A DNA stretch of 63,973 nucleotides, filler included, from Perkinsus chesapeaki ATCC PRA-425 (GCA_013115145.1; 6 parts of 6 records of this genome joined end to end with filler, not necessarily neighbours in it); one strand, 5' to 3'; positions 48,502 to 60,200 are shown, counted from the whole stretch's first letter. Program-made: numbers and translations. The notes: generated from the sequence alone by a model not told the origin.

Positions 48502-49257
48502 GGATTGAGCCACTATGAGTTGCACGCATATCTTCGGCTAATAGCTATACAGAAGGCCGCTTGCGCAGTCTCTAGATAAACAGTCTCACTGTCAGTCAGT
48601 GCGCTATCGCCATCACTGCGTTAGGCCCTCGAGCGAACTCTGTAGTTAAACGACTCGCAGAGAGTATCTAGTTTCACCAAGGTACATTCTTGATTGGTGC
48701 TAGATGGCCAAATCACTGCGAAAGTAGCACAGGTGCCAGCCGCTGGCACTCAAATGGCGGCGCGTGCTGCGGTCGCAGCCCGCACTCTGTGGGGCCCGTG
48801 CATAGATTGCGTAGACGAAGAGTAGGATCGATGATAATCATTGCTGGCGCAAGTCGTGTTGCACACCGTCTCCTCGGTAGTGAATCCTGGCTCAGCCAGG
48901 ACTGGCAGAGGCAAGCGTGCGGAGCGATAAGCGATTCTTGCGACGCGTGTTATCCCAGCACGTTCGCGCGCAAGAGATTCACTCGTGTAATGCGCCCTTA
49001 GACGACCCAGAAATGTTCCATCCATCGATATGTGCATAAAGCGCATTAGAAAGTGGAAAGTGAGAGAGTTATCAGTGTTGAAGTATACATCGAGGACGTT
49101 CCTTCTTGTAACATGTGTTTTTTCATCTGAATTTCGTAAGGGAATTTCCCTGCCGTGTTCCTGAAGGGAGCACCTTACGGGGAGCCTTGAAGGGTTAGCC
49201 TTCTAAGTACAGTTTCCCCATTTGAAACTTGTTTTTCAGTACTTTTTCAAATCCACG

Positions 49258-49650
49258 ATGGGTCCTTTAGCCAGCCTCCTAGTCCTCGCCCTCAACATAA
49301 TCACTATTGAAGCCCAGTACGCATTTCAAGGTCGTCTTTATTGTAGGAAGGTCTGGTCGAGCTTGTTACTTCAGTATCAAGAAAGAATGTCTTTCCATCC
49401 TATGAACCATCACATGACCCTTGAGATGTATGACCCTCCGAACCATGCGAGGCTCGCACAAGGATTTAGAGAAAGCGACTTCACCTTTGACAACCAAACT
49501 AATTGGTTGGCTGTGTCAGATCAGTCCATTTGGAAAAAAGGCTCTGGCTTTTGGGATCCCAAGTGGTGGACTAAGTTTGTATTTCATGAAGACGTCGATG
49601 GTTGGACTGTTGGTGGATCTGCAGGAGATAGATGGTTTAAGCGATGCTAA
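49258..49650 (+). CDS. Small secreted-type protein (130 aa) ending in Cys
   Basis: Signal-like MGPLASLLVLALNIITIEA, then GRLYC; Trp-rich; ends ...DRWFKRC*. Confidence 0.65.
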   Translation: MGPLASLLVLALNIITIEAQYAFQGRLYCRKVWSSLLLQYQERMSFHPMNHHMTLEMYDPPNHARLAQGFRESDFTFDNQTNWLAVSDQSIWKKGSGFWDPKWWTKFVFHEDVDGWTVGGSAGDRWFKRC

Positions 49651-51044
49651 TAATGAGTTATGCTATCACACTCTTCTTGACATTAGAAAACAGTCTTACT
49701 AGGGTATCGCGATGACGTGCATTTGCGTTACACGCACCTCACACATCGCTCCTAGAATGACTCATTTGCTTAGGCTTTTGTTGCTTTGTTCTGTGATCCC
49801 TTATTCTTGTATATTGCTCGAATGGCATCTCATATGTCTTCGTGCCTTAGTTGCATCATTTCATTCTTGAACATTGAGTAACCCACTCGGTCACTCCTTG
49901 ACATTGTGTTCAGACCTCACTGTCTGGCTGCCAGCTCTGAAACCAGACTCTGGCACCACGCGTGGCTCATGTGTAGCGAGTGAGGCCCAGTAAAGATCAC
50001 AAGTCATTCTGGTTGCATGTTATTGAGTTCGTCAATGTTGACGATGAATCAAGCCCCATCTGGTGAATTAGCAGTGCTAATGTCTGTGATAGTATATACA
50101 GTATTCGTAGCGTTCTCTCCTAGAACTCTTCTGCTATTTTAAAACAAACCATTCCAAATTTGAGGCACCAATTTCACCTCATCAAACTCGAGCCAATAAC
50201 ACATCCAATCGAATGATTGGCAGCTTGTGTGTGGAAGCCGTAAGCCTCTTCAACTCACGTACAACGAAGTAAATTTAGACCGAATCTGGAAAGTTCTCAG
50301 TCGGGGCTAAATAATAACTATAACTAAATAAATTCTTTAGCATAGATTTCAAGGTGGTTACTATCATCAACCATATTCCCAATCGAGTGGACCTCGGACA
50401 TCCCACCTATCACTTACAATGGTATATGTATTGGCCTACTCCACTTACCGGTAAGCTGCTGCAAGTAGATAGGTTTTGTAAAAAGATCTTTAAGAGTTTC
50501 CTGGGCATCACCGTTCTCAGAGTGCCCCTCTCTTTTGAGCCAGGGTATTACCCGACCGACCAGGCAGTGCGGCTGACTGGCCACTGATATTTCCTCTGAG
50601 AAGGACTTGAATGATTTTGAATCAAAATCATTTGAGTCCTTCGAGTTCGTCGACAAAAATTTTCGATCGGCTCCACACCGGAGCCTCTCAAATCGCCAAG
50701 AAGTATTTTTATCGTTATGTCCACGGGGAACTCTACAAAGGTGGCTGCTGATCAGCCAAGGCAGCTCTCCTTACTAGACAACACAACAGACATCCTTTTG
50801 AAACTTCTGCTATGAACAAGTTCGATCAATGTCGAACGGTAACACCGTTCAACATGAAGAGTAAGGGAGTACTCTGTCGAATAAGAGATACCAGAAGGTG
50901 TGATAAGATAGCACGCCCCTCCTGTAAGCCTTTGGGCTAAATAGGAGGGAAGCTAACAGCATTCGGTGCCACCGTAAGATGTAGAAGATACAATTTCCGC
51001 GATAGGGAAAGATTATTTGATTCCAGTATATCCTTGAGCTCGCA

Positions 51045-54000
51045 TTAGACACTCTCCTCAGGTGAGCAACTAGCCGAGCTCGAGCACGCACTGGAGGTAT
51101 CGGATTCGACACTGCCCGTATCTGCGTCGGGTTTCGATGCCTGTCTGAACAGGCTCATCTGGTAACGGATGCCAAAGTTAACAAATACACCTGACAAACA
51201 GCGCACGAGTTTCGCAACGTCACACTCAAAAGACGCAAAATCCACGCTAAAATTCCCGACCGTGGAAATTTTTGGCCTCACGGTCTCTGAACCATTCAAG
51301 GAAGACAGGTATGTCTCGCCGAGGCAATAAACCGTGCAACTTCGTCGCTCGAAACAAGACGGAAGCGATGTCGATTTTCAACCTTACTGTACGCAAGCGT
51401 CGTGGTGCTAGAATTATGCACGGCCAGGCCGTGACGGCCGCCCAAGCATTACACACATCAGTAGTACAGCTTCAAATGCAATAAAGTAAAATCCAAGTAT
51501 TGGAACGCCAAGTGCGAAACGTCCCAAGAGAGCTTACATGCGATGGCACCCACACCAGAAAGAGCTACGCTTAAATAGAATGGGTAAGCGACGCCCAGAT
51601 CGTATAGGTTTCCAGCAACCAAGGGGCCAACGACGCCACCTGCAAAAATAAAGGGATGCAACCGGACATGCAAGAGCAACTCACCAATGTTAGAGGCGCC
51701 CATCACACATGAGTTAATCAGCCCACGTTGCTTGGGAGGAGACAGAATTGCCGTGAAGAACGCTTGGCCAGCAAAGTAGAGCCCGACTGAAGCAGATAAG
51801 GAATCACCATGGTGAATCGCAAGCGACTAATCTGAACCGGACCGGTTCAACCGGTTATTAACCGGTCAAAAAAAGACTATTGTACGTTACGTACAGTACG
51901 TACTGTGAGCGACCTGCTAAGGCCCCCTTACTGAGTCCAAACCCTCTCTTACTTCCAGCCTGCAATCCCATTCCAAGGAAGATAACTCCAACAAGGCTAT
52001 TGATGAAGGGCACTACTACGATGATCATAGCCAAGGTAAGCCCACAGGTACCCAGGAGGGCGGGGGCGATCCATTCTGAAGAGACCAGATGAGACTAGAG
52101 ACAATTGACAATTTCCGCGTCACGATACGGATACGTTCGTGGAGATATACACTACCCATTCCGGAAGATCCCTTCTAAAAAAGGCAACATTAACCCCTTT
52201 CCAGTTGCGGCCAAAGAGTTTGTGTAAATACAGTACGCGACATCTTGAGATGCGCGGTCTGGACGGGGAAAATATCGATAAGTATGTCGAATTCCGAGCT
52301 AATTCCTTTTCTGTCCGAATTCTCCGCATTCGATTATCCATAAATCGAGCTTGCCCGCTCTAACTCGCGGGGCACTAAGTTGATAGCTCTACGAACGAAG
52401 TACAAGGTCGGACGGATCATAGAACACAGCCCATACTGGATGAGCTATACTGTATTATCTAGAGAAATTGGACGAATCCTCCGATTCAGCAACGATACAG
52501 TAGTTGTGAAGACTTCACAGTGAAGTGGTCGTCTATCTTATTGCATTGTTCAGGAGAGACGACACTTAACGAGGAGATCCTTGATGCATGAAGAGCTTTG
52601 CACGAGCATATAGGTATTTGACTCGGCGCAGGTGATGCATACGAGACACGTTTAGTCCACTCAATTACCAAAAGAACAACCTGCTCACAATGGTGGAATT
52701 CTTTGGCGTCGCTGAGATGGGAACAATGCCCGTGGCGCTGAGCTGTTTGAACTTCCCTAGGCAACCAACGTCGCTGAATTCGATTCCGAAGTCAGTTTTG
52801 ACTCCAGAAATCATTCCATGGAAATACGAAATTTTCAAAAATTGCGCGCTTTTTGCATTTCCAAATCGAGTAGTGTAAAAACTCCACTTACTAGTAAGTT
52901 GCAAGTAGATAAGGTTGGTAAATATTGTACCAACCGCTTGGATTCCCTGGGCACCGCCATTCTCGGATGGATTCAAATGGTATTGATCAGCTCCGACCAG
53001 CCCAAATACCGTGGCCCAGTTGATACCGAGATACCTGGAAAACAAGGCTCGTAGGTATAATCTCCTGATCTTGGTATACATCTTCGTGTAAATTCATACG
53101 GAGACAGATATATGGGTACAATATTACTTTATTATTATCCTATTATTATCCCTAATATTAATAATTTATTATACCTATTATTAATCCAATTATTATCCCT
53201 ATTGTTATCCTATTATTATCCTACTACTGTACTTTTATTGTATTCCTAACATATTACTTGTACTTTTGTTATAAAAGTTTTATGAACATACTAATTACTA
53301 ATACAGTGCGAACCAAACCATCATGATCCAAGGTCATGATATTACAACACTTATTTTTAACTGTTACCATCATGCTATCTTCCAAGTTTCATGTTCTAAG
53401 TCGTAAAATTAAAAAAGCTATGCCAAAAAGACGAATTTGCATAACGGTTTGGTTCGCACTGTAGTATCAATCATTAAATCATTCAAGTCACCGAAAAGCT
53501 ATAAAACTTCGCTCCGCTCACATTTCTACATGACCTGTACTATATCCGCTCCCCCACTTACTGTGCACAAAATGACGCCAATCCCAGGAAGAATATAGTC
53601 GGCCAAAGGTATTTATTTCTCGGTGGGTCTTTCGCTTCAGGATGAGCAAACATATTAATTGGCACACCGTTCTCGTCCTTCTCCAACGACTCACGGAGGA
53701 ATAGAAGTTCCAATATGAGCAGGATAGCAGCCACAACTCCCATAAAGTAGAACGGGAAAGATAGGGATACCGACGCCAAGGCACCACCTGATAAATCAAG
53801 AACTGGATGCCAGGTAATTGTGAAGATCTACAAGACCTCCATTTAACGACACCGACTGGATCGGCTACAAATGCATAAGCAGTCGAAGCCCGAAGAGCCT
53901 CTCGATTTCTATGGATTCAATTCGACTCCCTCGATGAAAATGGGCCCATCGGAGCGATTCGTCACGCGCCAGGAAATTCTACAAAAACTCAAATACTCCC

Positions 54001-56284
54001 ACGAATCCTTGCGTTAGAAGATAATATTCCATCTCCCTTCATCACTTCCCGATGAATCGGGTTTCGAAGATCGCACACAGTCTACGAAGCACTTCTTAAT
54101 GATGAGCCTTTGTGATAGGACTCTCATGTCTTTCATTTCATAATCGTTACCACAAGCTCTAGTGGAGAGTTTTCTCCTGCTGTATTTTCCTAATTTCTTC
54201 CATATCATCCAGTCCCATTACTTTCCATTTACGGCCCTTATATCCACTCTCCGAATGCTATATGAACAGCATTCAAAGTATCACTACTTCTACTGGTACA
54301 CATTATCCCATATATTGATCATTATATAGCAGGGCCACAACTAGGTTGATTCCCCATGCGTGGACCCTGAAGTTCGGGCATCGACTAGGGCCCATCCGAT
54401 TCACACTGTTGACACTGGCCGGGGACCCTTCCGGCAGGGCGGGGCCCTAAAAATGTTTTCAAAGGTTTCTCCCTAGTTGGGCCTAGTTGTATAGTTCCCT
54501 CATTATTCATATTAGCATATATCATTTCATATATATTCATTATTATATTATATTACTAATCATTTAACACCCACACTGTTATTACCAATCGCGGGACCCA
54601 CAGCTTGTCCAACCACCACGAAGAGTCCCATTAGGACTCCGTAGAGCTGCATATCCACAGGACGGCTACTATCGGTCAAGTAGGACACAATAGCAGGACG
54701 AGTACCTAATATCAATAACATCACAGGTTCGATCCCCGGGACCTCCATTTTACCAGCGGCGACACCAGCCATTGCTCGGAAACCTGTAAAACTGGCTATA
54801 TCCCAGGCGTTGGCCATGAGGAACTGGGCGATCGTGTAAATAGTCATTGCCATGAGAAGAACTGGACGCCGACCGAGCCTGAGAATTAATACTGATGCCA
54901 TAAAACCGCTGTTTAAAGGCCACTAATCAAACAGGACATAAAAGCGCCACTAATCAAAGAGGACATCAAAGCGCCACTAATCAAACAGGACATAACAGCG
55001 CCACTAATCAAAGAGGACATCAAAGCGCCACTAATCAAAGAGAACATCAAAGCGCCACTAATCAAACAGGACATAAAAGCGCCACTAATCAAACAGGACA
55101 TAAAAGCGCCACTAATCAAACAGGACATAAAAGCGCCACTAATCAAACANNNNNNNNNNNNNNNNNNNNNNNNNNNNNNNNNNNNNNNNNNNNNNNNNNN
55201 NNNNNNNNNNNNNNNNNNNNNNNNNNNNNNNNNNNNNNNNNNNNNNNCAGGACATAAAAGCGCCACTAATCAAAGAGGACATCAAGGCGCCACTAATCAA
55301 ACAGGACATAAAAGCGCCACTAATCAAAGAGGACATCAAGGCGCCACTAATGAGATACTACGGAGAATATTTCTGAATGATTTAGCATGCAACAAATATC
55401 CAATTATGCAACGAACTAGATAACGCCCGGAAGCAGATTTGCGTCCTCCTCCTCCCATCCTCCCATGGAACCCTCAATACTACCTATCACTCAGTGGGCC
55501 AGTGACCAAGGAGGCCACCAGTGTGCCGACCGAATAGCCAACCATAAGGATAGACGCTGCTGTGCCTTGATTCATATCGGGCGCTAGATCATCTATATAC
55601 CTGAGAATGGCGAAAAACTTGGAAAATTAAAATAGAAGGATCCTTAACGTAGCACCGACTTGGACGTTCGCCCCCACATACAAGCCTCTCCGACGCTTTT
55701 AAGGAGCCCCTGATAATATTATTCGTTATTATACATCTAATTCATAGGATATATTTCGAGACAGCCGGATTTACCCTGGCGGGCTAGTCCCAATAGTGTT
55801 GAAAATGGCAAGCTGTTCGAGTTACTCGAACTCGTATTTTCTTGGGGATGTGAATATAAAGTAAACGAACACGTATGAGTTCATAGACATAACAAATGTA
55901 TCACAATAAACCACTATAAATAGTATAGGAGTAAAAGTGATGATAATAGATATATTATATATCTATTATCATCATATTTACCATAATACCATACCTATAT
56001 ATCATATATACCGTAAAACTTATAACCACTCCACCGCCCTTTAGATGCTGTATGATAAAAGCCACATTATTATCTTACCATGGTGTCACAGGGGCAAGTA
56101 GAGTGCTGCCAAGCCACTCAACAAAGATACCAACGAATATGATAACCAAATCCAGAACCCTTCTAGGATTGTATTTGGTCCTGTAGACCAGACGCTTTGG
56201 GTAACTTAGAGCATAGTACTCCTCAGAAGTGAGCGGACCTTCTCTGACTTTTTCAGGAAGTGGTAGGAAAGATTTACAAGGCAT
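51045..56284 (-). CDS. MFS transporter paralog 4 (DHA1/Tet-like), complete, 10 exons
   Basis: Starts MPCKSFLPLP; GPLSDR|LGRRP; VGQAVGPAIG; WIAPALLGTCG; RGLINSCVMGASNIG|GVVGPLVAG; last exon ends ...CSPEESV*. Confidence 0.9.
51834..51855. repeat. 22-nt zig-zag scar (inferred TSD GAACCGGT) in intron 7 of MFS paralog 4
   Basis: G AACCGG A CCGGTT C AACCGG T, perfect, followed by a further odd-centred inversion ACCGGTTA T TAACCGGT. Confidence 0.75.
51881..51902. repeat. 22-nt zig-zag scar (inferred TSD TGTACGTA) in the same intron
   Basis: T GTACGT T ACGTAC A GTACGT A, perfect. Confidence 0.7.
52229..52339 (+). repeat. Dispersed repeat, copy 3 of 3 (intron 6 of MFS paralog 4)
   Basis: TACAGTACGCGACATCTTGAGATGCG...AATATCGATAAG...CGATTATCC. 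Confidence 0.7.
53304..53461. mobile_element. Tc1/mariner-type MITE (158 bp) in intron 5 of MFS paralog 4
   Basis: Perfect 16-bp TIRs CAGTGCGAACCAAACC / GGTTTGGTTCGCACTG, flanked by TA on both sides; non-coding interior. Confidence 0.88.
54723..54751 (+). pseudogene. tRNA-Ala-like 3' fragment + oligo-T, antisense within the 48-nt intron 3 of MFS paralog 4
   Basis: ACAGG TTCGATC CCCGG GACCTCC A TTTT is in exact tRNA register and homologous in position to 37356-37385. Confidence 0.68.
54915..55351. repeat. Minisatellite, 27-bp unit, in intron 2 of MFS paralog 4; spans an unresolved 98-N gap (55150-55247)
   Basis: Unit AAAGCGCCACTAATCAAACAGGACATA with variants, on both sides of a linker-free N run. 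Confidence 0.95.
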
Positions 56285-57229
56285 ACAGTTAATAACCAAG
56301 AAGGAGAAACGTAGAAACTGTTAAGGGAAAGCGTATTAAATGTGTACTATATTAACTCACTGTGATTTACTCACACAATTCCTGTCTATCGCACAATTGC
56401 CGTAGCACGGTATTACTAGCTTCATTTACTCGTGGTATTCTACTCATTCTGTTTACTGCTCTATCTTCCTTCGGATACACCTCATCCTTGTGGTCTTATT
56501 AATACTGCAAATGTATTAAAGGTATCCGAATTTACCACGAGATGCTCCCAATGGGAATGAGGACTGTTTTAGAATGAAAATGTGAAATATTTTCCGAAAA
56601 ACTATCAATTTACCGTGAATGGTCTTACACTTCACTCGCCAGAAAATGCAATAAATGTAACGAAAGTATTGAATAGTATTTCGACCTTGCGGATATTTAC
56701 TAATGGCAAGAATTATCCTCGCCAATTCAATTGACGCGACGAAACCTATGCTCTAAACTGGCCAGGAAAACCGAGAGCAATACATTTGGTTGTAGGGCGG
56801 AAAACTGAGCTTAATTTCACTCCCGGAAAATTAATATTCGCTTTATCGGCACCAGTTTGCTCCCATTGTGTACAATACACTTTTGTACATACACAAAACA
56901 CTCGGAAAACGGTATTTTAATTGCAAAGGATTCTTATGTTACATTTCTAGAGAAAGCATCGTCTTCATGGACTTGAACAATTCGCCGTCTTTCCGAATAC
57001 ATTCAAACCAGCCCGTAATAGTCGATCAACAGTTAGGAAAGACGATTAGTCCGGTACCAATATCGAAAAAGCGACCCCGGCCTACATTTTTTAACGGGGT
57101 GAAAAACACAAAATAGTTGATGGGAGAACTAGACGAAAAATATTATTGAGTGCAGCCGTTTAGATGTACAATATGGAGCAATGGACACCTTGTGAGAATC
57201 ACGGCAGACCAGGAGGCGCTTAAAGTCAA

Positions 57230-60200
57230 ATGGGCTTCCGAGATTACCCTAGTGATAGGCACGACGAGAAAACAAAATCGATCATCTGGGCGTGCCCTTT
57301 TTTGTTCCTTCTCGCGCTCGCCTCCGCGCTTTCACCTACTACTCTAAGTAAATTGCCTTTATGGGATGTTCAACACATTTTAGAGGCGCAGCAGGCAGAT
57401 TTGCCAGGGCGAGGGGATCCTCACTGTGGGCAAAAAAGTAAGGTTCTTCGCACTGTGTTTTCATATATTTTGCATATCAGTTACAACGCGAATTTTACAA
57501 GGAGATCTATGTGTTCCGTGGTGAGTAAAATACCTACATTGGTGGGCGAGCTGCCTATGCAAGGGTTTCCTGAGCAACAGCGGTAAGCTGGTATTTCCTT
57601 GAAGCTGCACATATAAAACTCATTGAAGACTCCTCATTGAGCGTTCCATCATCTGGCTCAACATTTTGAAGTTCTTATTATGATTCCACTGTTACGTATA
57701 TTTCTATTACAAACCTGTTTTGATAGTTATACCGCTTCCCTTGTATATTTCCGACACCCAATCCATCTGTCGTCCATGACAGTGCAAACGTACAGATACC
57801 CTCGTCGGCATTTTTGCGTACTTGAATTTTAGTACGATTTCTTGACTACAAATCGTAGCTCTTTTTACTAACGAGCTTTCTGCCATGTCTAGATCCGCTC
57901 ACGTCTCTATTTGATTTCAAATTTGTCAGGTCCGTTGGTTCTTCGGCAATGGCCTCGTTGATTTCATCTAGTTTAGCTGACGAGTGCGGGCAGTCGGTGG
58001 AGGCTGTCGAATCGGCAGATGAGTTGCTTCAAGTGAGATTTTTATTTTGTTGTTTTTATGTATTTTCTTCAGATTATTTTCTGCGAAGTTTGCACGGTTA
58101 ATTGGATGGAAAATATAAGTTTTTTATACAAAAGACAAGAAGCTCGTTGTTGACCTCAGAAGTATCTTTGCGCATGCGTGCAAATAATTATTCCTTAGGA
58201 TAACGTATGCTAACCTTACCATGCATTTATGGTTACCCGAGTATGTTTCTGTGACTCGTCTTCTTTGTGTTCAGTAGGTCCTCGGTTCGATCCCGGGACC
58301 TGTCATTTAGTCTGTCGAGTGCTGTAAATAGCGCGCGCCCTGGTAACCGATTATAAGTTTTATGGTTGTTAAAGCTTGTCAGACGCCTACTAGTGAAGAG
58401 GAAGGAGAAACTAAAGATGCTAGAAGGTAGTAAATGGAATGCTTGGGGAAGTGGAAATGGTAACACTTCTGCAGCGGGAAAAAGTTTATACCTGAAACTT
58501 TGAGGCTATATTAGATTTAGTATTGTCATAACCCTGTGCGAAGGGGGGACACAGCACAGGTATGCGGGGAGAAAGCGATTGTGGTAAAATAATGTGGAGG
58601 GGTGTATATTAGCTAATTGATTAGCTGAGAAATATAGAAATCATTTTGGTAGAAGGCGAAAGATATCTCGTGAGTATATATGTTAGTTTGCCATCTAAGC
58701 GGAAATGAATAGAATGTGTTAAGAAATTGGTTATATTGTATTAATGAATATAAAAATTGATATACGAGCGGTATAAAATGTAGTGTAAAGGGTGAAGTGG
58801 GGTATTTTATAGTAGTACTTGTCTTAGAGTAGTAAATTGTAATGGGAGATTTCAATGGTAGCCGGACGGGACAGACTCTTGCAAACTCATAAAACGTTTC
58901 CTTGCCGCCGTACTCCTGCGCAAAGTTCGCACCGGCACGTAGAGAACGATGAACTTGGAGGCTTGTATGGTAGATAGTATCTTTAACTCAGGCATTTTAA
59001 GGAAGGCCAGAAGCATGTCACGCCGCCACAGGTTGGTGTGTGGTTGATGGGGAAATGGAGAGTGTGTTGCTTTAGGGGGATTCAACAAGAGGGTTCTACG
59101 AGTCCTTGTTGGAGGAAAAGCCGGGGAGTGTTATGGCTATACGGTACTGTGTTGAACATGGTATATTTGCAGGGGAAAAGTAATAAAGGAGGGGATAATA
59201 GGGAATATATAGGAGAGCTAGGGATAGGAGGGATAATAGGGAATATAAAGGAGAGCTAGGGATAGGAGGGATAATAGGGAATATAAAGGAGAGCTAGGTA
59301 TAGGAGGGATAATAGGGAATATATAGGAGAGCTAGGGATATGAGGGATAATAGGGAATATAAAGGAGAGCTAGGGATAGGAGGGATAATAGGGAATATAT
59401 AGGAGAGCTAGGTATAGGAGGGATAATAGGGAATATATAGGAGAGCTGCATGTTACATATAGTATTTCATATTGTGTTTTAGGCATAGGAAGTTATTGGC
59501 CCGTTATAATGAGTTGAAGGCTAGTGGAGACTTGAACCCCAACAAGAGGGCTTTGGATCGGGTGGCTGAGAAATACGGGTACTAATAGTGCAGGGAAGGG
59601 GACAGTATTGAGAGCAATTATATCGGTAATGACAAGGAGCTATTGGAAGTGTCAGTGCGGAGCCCTTTGTATTCGAATGGGACTTCTTTCATCATTTAGA
59701 TTTAAAAAAAGTATTTTTATGGGCTACAGTTTATTTCTGAATTTTAGGAATAAACGGTAGCCTCGTGTACTCGTATAAACAGTAAATTCAAGGTGATTGT
59801 TGCATTATGGATTGCTAGTTCTTGAGGAACATTCCAACTGAGGCAGCAAATTCATAGGTGTTAGTTTTCAGAAGATCTGCATCAGCTGAGTCTAGGGTTC
59901 TCGTTGATTTTATTTTCGCCCTATTTACCAGCTGACAGGTTTGAATATATTGCCTTCCGGTGATACACTTGGTTGCTAAGAGCGAATTTATAAGGAGATG
60001 TAAATACGTAATTAGTATTGCTGTGAAATTAGGGCCATTGGGACGTTCTACTCAAAGGGCAGGAGCGCTCGTGCAATGGTGCTCCGTCCCTCTCCAGAAC
60101 CAATGCCCACTAGTCTATGGCTGGCTAGTGCGCGCTCTTCCTCCCTCTTGTGTGGCAAACTGAGAATGGCGCCATTGTAGAGGCTCAGCGCGTTCTCTGC

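Noticed and set aside
48209-48579. Repeat-protein ORFs (SPIQDSLV)n, (IGDTRLSC)n and (VILGYPVL)n
   Set aside because: These are by-products of a 24-bp minisatellite that is open in several frames; there is no flanking gene structure.
54913-55339. (CLISGAFMS)n ORFs
   Set aside because: Translation of the 27-bp minisatellite lying in intron 2 of MFS paralog 4.
2821-55830. Isolated 7-8-bp-arm odd palindromes (2821, 24993, 48733, 55816) counted as individual scars
   Set aside because: Several such short palindromes are expected by chance in 64 kb; they are consistent with the pattern but not independent evidence.
48262-59447. CRISPR-like arrays in the 24-, 27- and 38-bp repeats
   Set aside because: The units are head-to-tail with no unique spacers, there are no cas genes, and the context is eukaryotic.
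59518-59545. Minus-strand T-arm-like TGGGG TTCAAGT CTCCA as another tRNA fragment
   Set aside because: It lies within a phase-validated coding exon (ELKASGDLNPNKR) and has no terminator or 5' half, so it is a chance match.
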